DNA of 64,000 nt from Ancylonema sp. (lineage: Eukaryota), in NCBI GenBank assembly GCA_050230475.1, contig JBFLGF010000021.1, positions 1-64,000 on the forward strand. The letters run 5' to 3'. The position numbers and the translations under genes were made by a program. Position 1 is the first letter of the stretch. Each line of letters begins with the position of its first letter. Below the pieces are notes generated by a model, which ran no database searches, was not told the origin of the DNA, and saw only the letters and a list, made by a program, of their open reading frames with translations. Below, in pieces: positions 1 to 13,395 of the stretch.

Positions 1-82
<82 letters not shown>
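1..82. repeat. (CT)n microsatellite in an intron of the RAY1-like gene
   Basis: Perfect CT repeat from the window start, followed by a CAG acceptor at 115-117. Confidence 0.98.
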
Positions 83-89
<7 letters not shown>

Positions 90-117
90 TGTCCCCTCCG
101 TCGGTACCTCCTGGCAG

Positions 118-1582
118 GGTCTGCCCATGTTCCGCCACCCGTTCGAGCTCCAATTCGATCGCGACAGCTGTCACTTCGGCACCGTCTGCTTCCAGAAGCT
201 GACGAAAGTGAAGTCCCGGTTGGTGCTCCAGATTCTTAAGATGGGGTACCACGTGCTGTTTAGCGACGTGGACGTGTACTGGTTCCAGAACCCTATCCCC
301 GAGCTGAAGCGGTACAGGGAGGACATGTTTCTGGCGCAGAGCGACAACGAGAACGATACAGGTGGGGGGGGGTGGGTGGGTTTCGTTGTCTGTTTTTAGG
401 GTGTAGAGTCTTATTTTCTCTCTCAGCGTTGTCATCTTCATTGGAGACTGACCGTCATCCAGTTTATCTTTCTCTCATTTTTTTTTCTTTTTTCGTCATT
501 TATCTTTATATTTTTGTCATCGCCACCATCATCATCACCATCATGTATTACAAGGGGAGCTGTAAAAGTGGTATCTCGAGCTCGTGTCACCTTTTTCATG
601 TCATGATGGTTATCATATAGGAGACGCCGAAATCACTTTCGGTTCAGCCGAACCCCATAGCCAAAACCCAGTCCGCCAAAACTGATCCCAAATACTCAAA
701 TGAAGACCCACAACCCACAACCCACAACCCCAGAATCCACCCACCATCCCCTCCTAAAACCCCAACCCTCAGGTCCCGCCAACGACCTCCGTCGAGTGAA
801 TTCCGGTTTCTACTTTGCTCACTCCACCCCCTCCACCATCTCTGCCTTCGAGCAAATTGTGGCCCACGCCGCCAAATCGGAGCGCAGCGAGCAGCCCTCT
901 TTCTACACCGTGTTGTGCGGCAAGGAGGGGGAGCACCGGGTGGGAGTCGACCAGTGCTTCAACCCGCCTGTGAACGTCACCGTGCAGCTGCTGTCGAGGG
1001 ATAGGTGGGGGGGCTGGGAATGGAGGATGGGTGGGGGAGTGGGTGGGTGGGTGGGTAAAGGGATGGGGTCGGGAGAGGCTGGGCCAGTTAGGGGAGTAGG
1101 TATGTAGATAAATATAACAACATACAACATAAATAGCTTATATTTTATAGCTTATAAACGTGAGTTTACGATGTACCATCGAGAATGATATGCACAGAAA
1201 CACGATCGCATGAATCGCAAACAAAAAGGAGAAAACTGGAGTGGGGGTAGGGGGACGTCATGGAATTTCCGGAATGGCACACACTCCCTCCCTACGAGGG
1301 AGTAAGGCAATGTACAAGAGACTACGAGGTGCTCATAGGAAACAAACGAAAACTCTCCCCTCCTGCTGCAGGTACCCAAATGGAGCGACAGGCCTGCTAT
1401 GGGAACGCAACACGCGGGCCGAGTGCGCACAGCTCAAGTGTGTGGTGCTGCACAACAATTGGGTGAGCGGGAGGAGGAGGAAGCTGGTGAGGGCGATGGA
1501 GAAGGGGCTGTGGGACTACGACGTGAAGAGCAGGATGTGTTGGTACAGCTGGCGGGGACCAAATATGGAGAGGATCTACTGA
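118..1582 (+). CDS. RAY1: Beta-arabinofuranosyltransferase RAY1-like (GT77), last 3 exons; 5' end outside window
   Basis: Exons 118-361, 773-1004 and 1372-1582 have phase-compatible GT-AG junctions. Motifs CHFGTVCFQKLTKVKSR, FSDVDVYWF (DxD), RRVNSGFYFA, SEQPSFYTVLCG, YPNG, LHNNWVSG and GLWDYD match recalled plant RAY1. Confidence 0.92.
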
Positions 1583-1910
1583 GAGGCGGGAAGGAAGGGG
1601 GGGTGGGATGGGAGTTTGTAAGGGTGGGTTTTTATTTGGGTGGGAAGCGGAGGAAAAAGGGGGAAATGACACGTATGTCGGATTCTTTGTTTCGGGACGA
1701 GTCAAGTAGGAGCAACTTTGGCATGGTCGCACCAGATTGGCTCATTTTTGGGGATGCAACAAAGTGGGGGGTTTCACGGCAGAAAGGTGTTGCGGCTTGT
1801 TTCAGTTTCGGGAGGCATGTAGATGTTCGGAACCAGGTTTTGAGGTTTAGTGGGGGCGAGACCGAGTCCGAGCATCGACATGATCGTAAATTCAATTTAT
1901 TTTTATTACA

Positions 1911-3245
1911 CACTATTGCACGGTACGTCCACATTTTAGGTCCGTTAGGCCAACTAGTACTAGAGCGAACCTGGTACGTCCCGGCATGGTGGCCTCTGGC
2001 AAAAAACACTTTTCTAAAAAATTCGGGACAATTGAAATTTCAAAAATATTATTTTTGGTGAGTTTTTCGTGCGAACTCGAGGGTTCTATTGATGAGCATT
2101 ATACCATATAGGGTGTTATTATCGGGTGCGAAACCGTGGTTACGTTATCTATTTTTCAACCGGACTACTGGTCGGCTTGAAAAAATGTACGATATCTAGT
2201 AAGTTTTCGAACAAACCGACCCATCAAACCCCAAAGAAGCCCCCCCAAAAACCCGGGAGTTTCATATGGAAGAAGGCCGATGCACGTAGATGGTCTCCAG
2301 TTGGCTTGAAAACTGCTCAATTTGCGATTCTTGGTTTTGTGAATCGAGCGATTCGACTCGATTCTTTCACACAATTATTCGCAACTTTCGCGAAATATCT
2401 TCGATTAAAGAAAAGAAGAAGAGAAGAATTGTATTATATTGGATAATGATAGAAACCCCATCTCATTACAAGAACGTGCTTGTATAGAAAATACATTTCC
2501 TAAAAAACGATATATATGTGAGAGTTCGTACTAGACAAAACTAGCAACACTAAGCAATCCGAAGAAGAAAGTGGAACGCACGGTGATGGGGGAAGTAACG
2601 TGGCCATGGATTGCTCTAGACGTAGCGTTCTAGCATGTATTGCATGTGCTAGCGACCATTGCACTGCGATCGACAATCTCAGACGGAACCATGTGCACAA
2701 CAAGCTAATAGAGGGCCCTAATCTTGCACATACTGTCTAGAGGCTAAAGTTGCACACTCGACCAAAAATCGATCCGACCTGGTAAATAATGCGTTGTTCA
2801 TCTCAAGAGCCGAGGGCACAAATTTTGTCCCGGTAATGGGTTTCCTTCCTTCACTCCGCATTTGTAGCGGCGATGGTGGATAAATGCAAATTATTAAGTT
2901 CTTATTGGCTTGAGCAAGTCGGATTTGAAGGCATTTCGCTACATTCTTTGACTCTCACATTCGTGGATCTTGGCCGCGACCGGTATCTATGAGTTTGAGT
3001 TACCCTTGCAACCCCGGAGGAACATACTTTCCCGATTTTCATTTCTCCGAAAAATCTTCCCACGCTTAGAGTTTCCCTCATAAAAAATAAAAAATAAATA
3101 AATTCGCTCCATCGGTTTCGTGTCCATACAATCCGTACAGCGTCCGTACATCGTACTGACTTGCTATAGTACGAGGGGGTATGTGTCCGTTATGACACTC
3201 GTACCCGAGCGTACCAAAACGGAATCATGTACCGTGCGAAAACTG
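1911..3245. mobile_element. Possible degenerate non-autonomous DNA transposon relic
   Basis: Left end CACTATTGCACGGTACGTCCACATTTT resembles the left end of the 55214 element (CATAATTGCACAGTCCTCCACATTTT). GTACCGTGCGAAAACTG at 3229-3245 is an imperfect inverted copy. No TSD found. Confidence 0.3.
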
Positions 3246-4227
3246 CTTTAGCATGTGTGAACGGTGTAGTGCATCTTCATGTGGACAGAATGACAATTCC
3301 ATCGCACCGAATGAATTCAATGGGTGGCTTAGAGAAGCGATCCGGGTGAGGAAAGCAGAGTACAACGGGAGGCACTCAACACAACATTTCGAAGCCAACA
3401 ATATGAAACTAATTAACACCAAAACCACGGCCCTTGGCCTTGTGTAGCATTATGACCCTCGTTTATTAGCGTTTTACTATATAACATGTGCTCAGAATAT
3501 GTACATCAATAACTCCATGGCCGATACCCCACCAGAATTAGTAGTGGCAAAAAAAAGTGTAGACGGACGAGTTGACTCTTAGGGTGGTCGACACGCTACT
3601 CTTATGTAACAAGTGTGTCTTATTCCCTAGAATTCATCTCCACTGCAAACTTAATACCCACTTTGCGTTAATGTGAAGACATTGGTGTAGTCTCCGATTT
3701 TGAGACCTCACGAGCTTCGGCGACATGTCTCACTATGTGGCAACAGAGCTGAAATGTGGAGCGGATCACATTCAAGTGTGCGGACGTGAAGCGATCTAAG
3801 TCGGGCGATTGCAGGAGAGGACCCTTGGAGTGATCTCCCACAGCCTCCAACTTCTTCCCCAATTCTTCTTGCAACAATCTTTTCGCGTGCATCGCATTTG
3901 TGGATCCCACCTGCGTAACGAAACGGATAGACAACCCCCCCTCCCCTTCAAAAAAAAACATAAAACCCCGAAAATACTCCCAATATGTGCAACAAAAACC
4001 TCGTAGAGAGAGGGTGAGGAACTCAAAAAGAAGTCAGAAGGAAAATCCGGTTCTAACTTTTCGATTTTTTCTTACATCTACCATACCAAATTTAGGGTGA
4101 AAAATTGGTACATATTGTTGCACCTTTGTGGACCCATTCTTATGACAGCACACAACCAAACCCTGGACTAAAAAATCACAAATACCACAAACCAGATACC
4201 CAACCCCCAACCCCCAACCCCTAACCC

Positions 4228-7200
4228 CTAACCCCTAACCCCCATGTGGAGACCCACCTGCGCCTCCCACACCTTCCTTCTTCCCTCCTCACTCCCCCCC
4301 AGCCCCTTCACCCCTTCTGCCCCCACCAGAGGCTCCTTCCACATCCTCCTCCTCTTCTCCCATTCCTCCGCCCCCTTCCGCCCCTCCCCCTTTTCAATCT
4401 TCACCTTCCGCAGCAGCCCCCCAGCCTTAGCACCCCCACCCTTGCCCTGAACTATGACCGCACCCGCCCCATCCCCTGTCCCTCCCCCTCCCTCCCCGCT
4501 CTTCGGCCGGGTGGGGGAGGATGCCTTCTCTTGTTTGGGCATAAGTCTTTTTGCCGCTTTCTGCCCAGTCTTCCCCCCCACAGCTGGCACAGCCTTGCGG
4601 GGCCCACTGCCAGCTGGCAGCGGCACAGGTTTCCACTGAGCATACACTCGCCCTGCCGTGCCACCTGTCCCATTGGCGGGGCCCGCTTTTTTTCCAGATG
4701 TGCCGGCTGCCCCAGAGGTGCCAGCTGTCGTCCCATCCCCTCCTCTAAATCCCCTTCCCTCCTCCTCTGAGTCGTAGGTTGGGATATTCTCCACCTCGTA
4801 GCTGGACCCAAACCCCCACCCCAAACGGATGAAACAACCTGAACCCCTATCACCACATCCCTTCTACATCCCTTCTGGGACTGTTTATGATCGCAGGTGC
4901 TGATCGAAGGGGCCTCTTCCAAAACCATGCTGCCTGCGAGTGTGCTTATATCGTGTTTGCGCCCAACTAGACTGCATATTTTGCTATTTTTTGGAATGGG
5001 TCGGAAGAAGTGCAGCATATCCAATCCACCTAACCCCTGCAAGCGCCCCTTTCATAGCATCGAATCCGATACGTATGATACAACCCTATGCGCTCCCCGA
5101 ATCCGATACCAATCCGCGATTTGCTCTCCCAATTCGGCATCGTTACCCCCCCCCCCCCTGGGGGGCATTCCTCACCGCTCGTCATCCTCCTCCCACAAGT
5201 ACGTGTCCTCCTGCACGCCCCCCTCCCCCTACCGGTCAGCAAGGTTTAGGCTCTAGGGTTCAGGGCCAGCTGTCCCTCGTGGTCCAGTGCCACCTCACCC
5301 GGAAGGCCCGTGACTTGGCGCCCAAGAAGCCCTGACAGGTGGCGGTCCCACAGCGGCAGCGCACTGTCTCCCCCCCGCACCACTCGAAGTGGTAGTCCCA
5401 CCACAGCTCCTCCCCCGCGCAGACGGCTCTCTGGGCGAACACGCCCACGCGGATTTCGCCGCAGACAGTCCACTTTCGGGACTCGCAGTTGGGTTCGCTG
5501 GGGTGGGGGATGGGGGATGGGGGGATGGTGCGGTGTCAGGGTGAAGGACGGGAAGACCACATCATGTGTGAACAACACCTCTATTGAGTTTTGTCTTTTT
5601 GTGGGGGGGGGGGGCGTGCCAGGTGTCGCACCATGAGTGGTTGAGGAATCGTGCGAGGGCGCCTTTCTTGGTGGCGTCCACAAACTCAGTGCCGCTGAGC
5701 ATCATGATGTACGCAATCTGCTCCCCTGAGAAGTGATAAACGCCCCCCAGACCCCTCTTGTTTGATGACTTTCGTGCCTGTTTGTGGGTTCGGTTCTGGT
5801 TCCGGTTCCGAGGGAGGACAGCAAGGTTGCCCCAGGTATACCGATGAAAAAAAGAGGAAAAAATGGAAAAGGCGAACCAAATAGAAGGTGGTCATGGCGG
5901 TGGTTGGTAAGGTTGGTAAGGTTGGTAAGGTTGGTAAGGTTGTTAAGGTTGTTGAGGTTGCTAAGGTTGCTAAGGTTGTTGAGGTTGCTAAGGTTGCTAA
6001 GGTTGTTAAGGTTGTTAAGGTTGTTAAGGGTATTAAAAAGAGGGTGATTATTGGAGAACTGAAGTCATGGTAGGGTATGCCCTTAACTATCGACCTTCAT
6101 CATGTTTTCCAATCTGAGAGGTACATTCACATCCAAAATATTTCATTATACCAACAACTCATTATACCAACACCTACAATCACAGTAGCAAACAACATCA
6201 CCCACATACAACACTGTGCGGCCACATACAGGATGCTTCGATTCGATACATCAATTGCCACTGTTATAACCAGTGTTGCTGTATCCGAACCTTCTTCCTT
6301 GTACTTGAGAGCTCTCTTGTACGCCTCCTTTCCGCTCACAATCTCCCCACAATACTCATGCAGAAACTCCCCCGCCTGCACAAAACGACAAAAACGCAAT
6401 CATGCCACCCCCCACCCACGCCTCCCGTGGTGCCACGTGGCGTGCTCGTAGTCGCAAGCAGAATCATACAGGGGGATCGCAAATGGATTCTGCGAGTGAA
6501 ACTCGCACCCTCCCCCCCCCCCCCTCTCCCCCCACATTCACTGCACCTGGACATTTTGGGCTGCGAACAGCCCCCATCCCCTGCTCTCGGTGTAAGCCAC
6601 GTTGGTGTCCGCATACTGACACTGCTGGAAGCGCTGCACACACACCAACACCGCCCCTCCTCCCACGTCATTGGCCCACGACATCAGCAATCAGGTAGGC
6701 GCCATGCACAAGAAATCCTGCTTCATCTGGGTCGCTGATCGGGTATCTTTCTTCCGTTATCAGATCATGGAGTCGGGTCGTTCTGTTATCACTTATGAGG
6801 GGCTGATGGGAAGACGTGAAATCGAAGGAGAGTAGATGTGAGTTCATCGTGGGATTAAGTTCAGAGGACCCCGATGGCGGGCCACATTGTTTGTAGGGGT
6901 ACACTACGGCCTGCTCTGCTGTTCTTTCAACTGGTCGGCACCTGGATTGGTTCTTCTATCACGCACCTGGTTCCGACACCTGTCACCCACAGGGCAGTGC
7001 CCCGGGGTGCACTCCGTGTTCAGCAATGCGTTGAGACACCTGTCGACTCCACACGCGCTCTCAGGATCCCCTTGTTTGAAAACGCATTCGCAGACGGGTA
7101 CCTCGTCCGAGTTCAGGTTGCGATGACTACGCACCGACCACGAACCCGCGGGAATGTGAGGGGTGATACACGGGGCTGTGTATACGTAATACGCATATGG

Positions 7201-10200
7201 GTATATGTACATACATGTACATATATGTATGTATACATATACATACGTATATAAAAGTACGGCTGTACGTATACATGTGTACATATGTATGTTTACCTGT
7301 GGCCCTGTGTAATGTGTATGTGTATGTGTATATGTATGTGCATGTGTATGTGTATGTGTATGTGTATATGTATGCATAGATATGCATGCATGTGCTATAC
7401 ATTATGTATAAGAGTTTGACAGTTTCAGCTTTCATACTAGTGTGTACTGGCAGGGGTACATGCAGATGTGTATATAAATATATGACCGCATTTGTGTTTC
7501 ATAAATGTGAGGATCTTCAGTCAATCTGGGGGGCATCTCTAAATAAGCACCTGCGGTGTACAAACACATTTCGGCGAAGAAGCTTGAAATGGGGTGGCTT
7601 TACGTCTCCTTTTCCTTTCTGCAAACCCCTCTCCAATCACCAGATTGAGTATTGGTATCAGACATAAGAGGAGCAGGGAGCAGGAATGAAAAAATATCAA
7701 AGTGATGCCACATCTCTGACAATCCTTTTCTGCACCACATCATCACTCTCATTCTCAGTTAAGTGAATGGGAGTGAAGGGGTGAGAGAGAGAGAGAGGGA
7801 GGGAGGGGGAGTGGAAAGAGAGGCGTACGGGGTGAGGGGAGGCGGAAGATGGTAGGAGCCGTATTTTCTTTCCGAGATCGAATTCTGTTTGAAACTTCAG
7901 ACCTGCATGCCAGGATTACGAGTAAGAGGCTGAAAAGGAGTGCAGCTGTGATGCATGTCCGAGTAGGGGCGAATAAGTAGGAAGGAGACAGAATCTGACC
8001 AGGGATTGCGTCCAATTGAGGAGGGAGTGGAAGCAGGGGCGGTAGGAGGAGAAAAGAGGTAGTCAACGCTGGGGCTACCTCCATGGCGGCTGGTGGTTCC
8101 ATTTGAGGTTTGACATCAGTTCGGGAAGCTGGATCTATGCAAGGCTGCAGGGATGCTGCTGTTGCGCCACATGACACTTCTTCAACCAGCTGGCAGTTAA
8201 TCACGCTAGCAGCTTGATTGGATACAAGAATTTCTGTCTCGGAAACTGTTTCAGTACGACTGACAAACGCAATCATGCCACCCCCCACCCACGCCTCCCG
8301 TGGTGCCACGTGGCGTGCTCGTAGTCGCAAGCAGAATCATACAGGGGGATCGCAAATGGATTCTGCGAGTGAAACTCGCACCCTCCCCCCCCCCCCCTCT
8401 CCCCCCACATTCACTGCACCTGGACATTTTGGGCTGCGAACAGCCCCCATCCCCTGCTCTCGGTGTAAGCCACGTTGGTGTCCGCATACTGACACTGCTG
8501 GAAGCGCTGCACACACACCAACACCGCCCCTCCTCCCACGTCATTGGCCCACGACATCAGCAATCAGGTAGGCGCCATGCACAAGAAATCCTGCTTCATC
8601 TGGGTCGCTGATCGGGTATCTTTCTTCCGTTATCAGATCATGGAGTCGGGTCGTTCTGTTATCACTTATGAGGGGCTGATGGGAAGACGTGAAATCGAAG
8701 GAGAGTAGATGTGAGTTCATCGTGGGATTAAGTTCAGAGGACCCCGATGGCGGGCCACATTGTTTGTAGGGGTACACTACGGCCTGCTCTGCTGTTCTTT
8801 CAACTGGTCGGCACCTGGATTGGTTCTTCTATCACGCACCTGGTTCCGACACCTGTCACCCACAGGGCAGTGCCCCGGGGTGCACTCCGTGTTCAGCAAT
8901 GCGTTGAGACACCTGTCGACTCCACACGCGCTCTCAGGATCCCCTTGTTTGAAAACGCATTCGCAGACGGGTACCTCGTCCGAGTTCAGGTTGCGATGAC
9001 TACGCACCGACCACGAACCCGCGGGAATGTGAGGGGTGATACACGGGGCTGTGTATACGTAATACGCATATGGGTATATGTACATACATGTACATATATG
9101 TATGTATACATATACATACGTATATAAAAGTACGGCTGTACGTATACATGTGTACATATGTATGTTTACCTGTGGCCCTGTGTAATGTGTATGTGTATGT
9201 GTATATGTATGTGCATGTGTATGTGTATGTGTATGTGTATATGTATGCATAGATATGCATGCATGTGCTATACATTATGTATAAGAGTTTGACAGTTTCA
9301 GCTTTCATACTAGTGTGTACTGGCAGGGGTACATGCAGATGTGTATATAAATATATGACCGCATTTGTGTTTCATAAATGTGAGGATCTTCAGTCAATCT
9401 GGGGGGCATCTCTAAATAAGCACCTGCGGTGTACAAACACATTTCGGCGAAGAAGCTTGAAATGGGGTGGCTTTACGTCTCCTTTTCCTTTCTGCAAACC
9501 CCTCTCCAATCACCAGATTGAGTATTGGTATCAGACATAAGAGGAGCAGGGAGCAGGAATGAAAAAATATCAAAGTGATGCCACATCTCTGACAATCCTT
9601 TTCTGCACCACATCATCACTCTCATTCTCAGTTAAGTGAATGGGAGTGAAGGGGTGAGAGAGAGAGAGAGGGAGGGAGGGGGAGTGGAAAGAGAGGCGTA
9701 CGGGGTGAGGGGAGGCGGAAGATGGTAGGAGCCGTATTTTCTTTCCGAGATCGAATTCTGTTTGAAACTTCAGACCTGCATGCCAGGATTACGAGTAAGA
9801 GGCTGAAAAGGAGTGCAGCTGTGATGCATGTCCGAGTAGGGGCGAATAAGTAGGAAGGAGACAGAATCTGACCAGGGATTGCGTCCAATTGAGGAGGGAG
9901 TGGAAGCAGGGGCGGTAGGAGGAGAAAAGAGGTAGTCAACGCTGGGGCTACCTCCATGGCGGCTGGTGGTTCCATTTGAGGTTTGACATCAGTTCGGGAA
10001 GCTGGATCTATGCAAGGCTGCAGGGATGCTGCTGTTGCGCCACATGACACTTCTTCAACCAGCTGGCAGTTAATCACGCTAGCAGCTTGAGTGGATACAA
10101 GAATTTCTGTCTCGGAAACTGTTTCAGTACGACTGACAAGTAAGGACGTCTTTTCTGTCGTCTTCATACTTGAAGGATCTGATCCTGCTTTTGATGTAAG

Positions 10201-10692
10201 TTCAGGAGTGAATGCGATTATGGAGTCTGCTATACTCGGGGCTTCGAGTCGGAAGTCCAGCTCGGGGATGGATGTTGGTGTAGGCTCCTGTTTGGAATCT
10301 CCTATACTCCGCGCCGCTTGACATAGTAAAGAATCGGCATTGAGTTCAAGTTGCCGTTCAGATTCAAGCCCAGAATTGGCATCAGTTGAAGGCTCGGAAG
10401 AGTTTGCGTATTTATGCACAATTTCAGTTTCTTGTAACGCCGCATGCGTGTCTGGCAATTCTAGATGTAATGTCGATGGATGTGCTGGCGAGAAGGAAGG
10501 TGTGTCTGAGGTCAGTGGAAGGGACGAGCCGCACTCGCCAGTAAAACGGGGATCGGGCCTTGCAGTAGGAGCCTCTGAGTTGCTAGAAGGGTCGTTGCAT
10601 TTTATTTGGCCATTTCGACTACGTTTTCGCTTCTGCCCCCAGGAGTCAGGACAGGAGCTAGCACCAGAGTAACTCTTGACTACTTTTGCCAT
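4228..10692 (-). CDS. ASHH1: Histone-lysine N-methyltransferase, AWS-SET-postSET, ASHH1/SDG26-like
   Basis: Exons encode PPHFKLLRRNVF, CECVFKQGDPESACGVDRCLN..TECTPGHCP (AWS), RFQQCQY..RGWGL, GEFLHEYCGE, DATKKGALARFLNHS, PNCESRKWTV, DYHFEWCGG..RCRCG..CQGFLGAKSR, EDTYLWEEDDER (5176-5210) and YEVENIPTYDS (last exon 4228-4801). Start codon uncertain; contains an internal tandem duplication. Confidence 0.9.
5903..6029. repeat. Intronic 9-bp minisatellite (GGTTGNTAA/GA)n
   Basis: About 14 units such as GGTTGGTAA, GGTTGTTAA and GGTTGCTAA. Confidence 0.95.
6392..10137. repeat. Near-identical 1873-bp direct tandem duplication inside ASHH1
   Basis: 6392-8264 matches 8265-10137 (ORFs repeat at offset 1873). 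One visible mismatch: T8218 vs G10091. Confidence 0.97.
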
Positions 10693-11506
10693 GGTCTAGA
10701 ACTACGTTGCAGTCATACTCAGTTCGTGGCATGCCTGCATGTGCCTCTGCAGGGCGGTCGTCCCCACTTTCACGGCAACTGACGGATGTGGGCAAGTTTG
10801 AGCGGGGCGTTGAAGCCAGTGATACCATTTTCTTCAAGCGATCACAGTGGTCTTGGTCGGAAAGAATCACGACTTTCCCACCAAGCAAGGTGGGGAGAGG
10901 ACTGGTCAGCCTGTTTAGACTGGACACGTGTAGAAAGTGAATGGGTGGCACAGTTGGACTGCACCCACCCTCGTCAGTTTTGGACAGCAAAAGGAGACAA
11001 GCAAGACTGGGCCCAGTCTAAAATAAACCGATCCATCCCGCTAAGCTAGGCAGACCTGCCGAGCAGGGTTATAAAACCGCGTCTCTCCCCCCGCCCTGTA
11101 CCGATGTTTATCGCCAGATATTGGGCTGTGGACCGCGAAATATATTTTTGCCATTGTGTCCTATGTGCACGGGTATGCAAGAATCTCGACCGCCCAATCG
11201 AGGCAATGGTTCGATTAATACAGTTTGAACCGTTTGTTGATAACCTCCAAATCCACTTTTGGATTTAGGACGTCGACATGGTTGGGTGCAGGGTGCAATC
11301 GGATGCGCCACTCGCCGCGAACGGATTCTAGAACAAATCGCTCCTGTCAACAGGGAAGAGAAAGGAAAATTTTGGAGCAACTTGCACCGTATCTTGCATC
11401 GTATCTCGGCTTACACCTTCTTACTGTACCGCATTCATTACTTCAGTCTAGACTTCAGCTAAATACTTCAGTGAGCTCAACAGAAGTCAGTCCGAAATTA
11501 AAAGGG

Positions 11507-13395
11507 ATGGCCTCCGCAATGTGCTCCGTTTCAGCTCCGAGCTTCCTTTCTAGACAGACTGATGCCCCTTCTTCTCAGCTGGCGTCGGTTTCAGGCGCAC
11601 AAATTAGTCAGAGAATATCTGCTGGAGCACCAGTCTCGTTCGCGCGCAGGAGCGTGGCCGTCAGAGCTGCAACTGCTGTAGCACCTACCGTAAGATATTC
11701 GCTCAGATAACGCCTCGACTAAATCAATTTTAATTTATGCTGAACTCTACTCGACGAAAAACATGAGAATTAGCGTGGAAGGGCACTGTGTCTTAAAATT
11801 AACTGATACCGAGTGGGTGATCGGGGAATGTCGATGCATCTTTACAGGCCAAGGCCAAAGGACTACAAGCTGGAGCATTTTGTACCGAAATCTGTCCTTT
11901 ATTCCCTACTTGACTGCAGTACAAAACTTTGAAGCCACTAGCAGACCGTATCCTCGTTAAGATCACTAAGGCTGACGAGGTCACTTCCGGAGGCATCGTT
12001 CTTCCCACAACCGCTCAAACAAAACCTCAAGGAGGGGAAGTAGTCGCGATTGGCGAGGGGAGAACCGTAGGGGAGAAGAAGGTCCCTATCAGTATCGAGG
12101 TGAGGAAGAGTCAGCTTTATGCGATCCGGCCCGGAAGACAGATGGACACTTTCTATGCATGTGGCCAATAGGTGCCCCCTCTAGTGGAAGGCAGGGGGGG
12201 TTTTGTCATCTCCATTTTCTTACGCTGGTTCCTCGTCGCACCTTTACATCCCCGCTGGAAGGCAAGGCTGAGATTTTTCTGCAATGCCTGAAGCTGAGCA
12301 ACCTTTGGGAGGTGGGGGTTCCAGACAGGGAGCAGCATCGTGTATTCCAAATACGCAGGCACTGAGGTGGAGTTCAATGGAGAGGATCACCTGCTTTTAA
12401 AGGAAGATGACGTGGTGGGCCTCCTGAAGGGAGAGGACGTGGCAGACTTGAAGCCTTTGAACGACAGAGTATTGATCAAGGTATGGCCAGCTGTAAACAA
12501 CTCACGGAAACTGAATGCTATCTGACATAAACCCTGGTCGACGTCCATAGTTTGTGTACGTCAGCCTCAGTATACTTACTCCTGCGTCACACCACTCCTC
12601 TGTGGATGCTGGTACTGGAGAAGTGAGTCCATGAAACATGTGCATTTCCTGCATGCTGTAGGTGATCGAAGCTGAGGGGAAAACCGCGGGAGGTGTCTTG
12701 TTGACGGAGAGTGCGAAGGAGAAGCCGGTTATCGGCGAGGTATGTGGAACTGCACCTGGGGCACATCCTGGCCGAAAACGTGAACGGTGCATCGGTCTAA
12801 TCTGAGGGTTTGTAACTCTCACAAGTTATGGTTACATGCCACACACATACAGTATACACGTATACATGGGGGACTTCAAATATTGACATCCACGTGAGCA
12901 TGGTGCCTTGCTGAAAGGGGAAAAGTTGCTGAGGCTCATTTCTGTACCAGTGGTGCTCAACAGACTAAGGTTAACAGCTGAATAAATTTGAATTTGTTTT
13001 TTTCGGGGTTTCGGGAGGAGGGGGCGGAAATATTGGTTTCGGAGTGTGGCATCCCACAAGATAGAGAGGCAGTTGTACTTCGGACAGATTCTTCATTCCA
13101 ATGCAGAAAAAAGACATCAGTAATAATAGCAATATAATAAAAAATAATGTTATGTTTACATTCTTATCTTTTTGTGCTGATGCATGGGCAGGTGGTTGCT
13201 GTGGGCCCTGGATCAATCGGAGAGGATGGAGCCAGGAAGCCTCTAGAAATTACGCCCGGGAACACCGTCCTCTACTCCAAATTTGCCGGACAAGAGTTCA
13301 TGTGGAAAGATGGCGCGCTGTATGTTGTGATGCGGTCGAACGACGTCATGGCCGTCCTGTCTTGTTGCTCTTTGGAAACCTCAAATTTTGTATGA
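11507..13395 (+). CDS. CPN20: Chloroplast co-chaperonin Cpn20 (tandem GroES domains)
   Basis: Exons 11507-11689 (Ser/Ala-rich transit peptide), 11920-12099 ([17 protein letters not shown]), 12325-12480 ([19 protein letters not shown]), 12662-12739 (KTAGGVLL) and 13192-13395 (VVAVGPG..YSKFAG). Confidence 0.96.

Noticed and set aside
4200..4241. CCCCTAA/CCCCCAA telomere-like repeats at the ASHH1 stop
   Set aside because: Only about 3 perfect units, internal, and not the plant TTTAGGG unit; fits the general G-rich gene-end bias.
4801..5300. Apparent frameshift between the postSET exon and the last ASHH1 exon
   Set aside because: Resolved by a 35-nt exon (5176-5210, EDTYLWEEDDER) and an acceptor at 4802.
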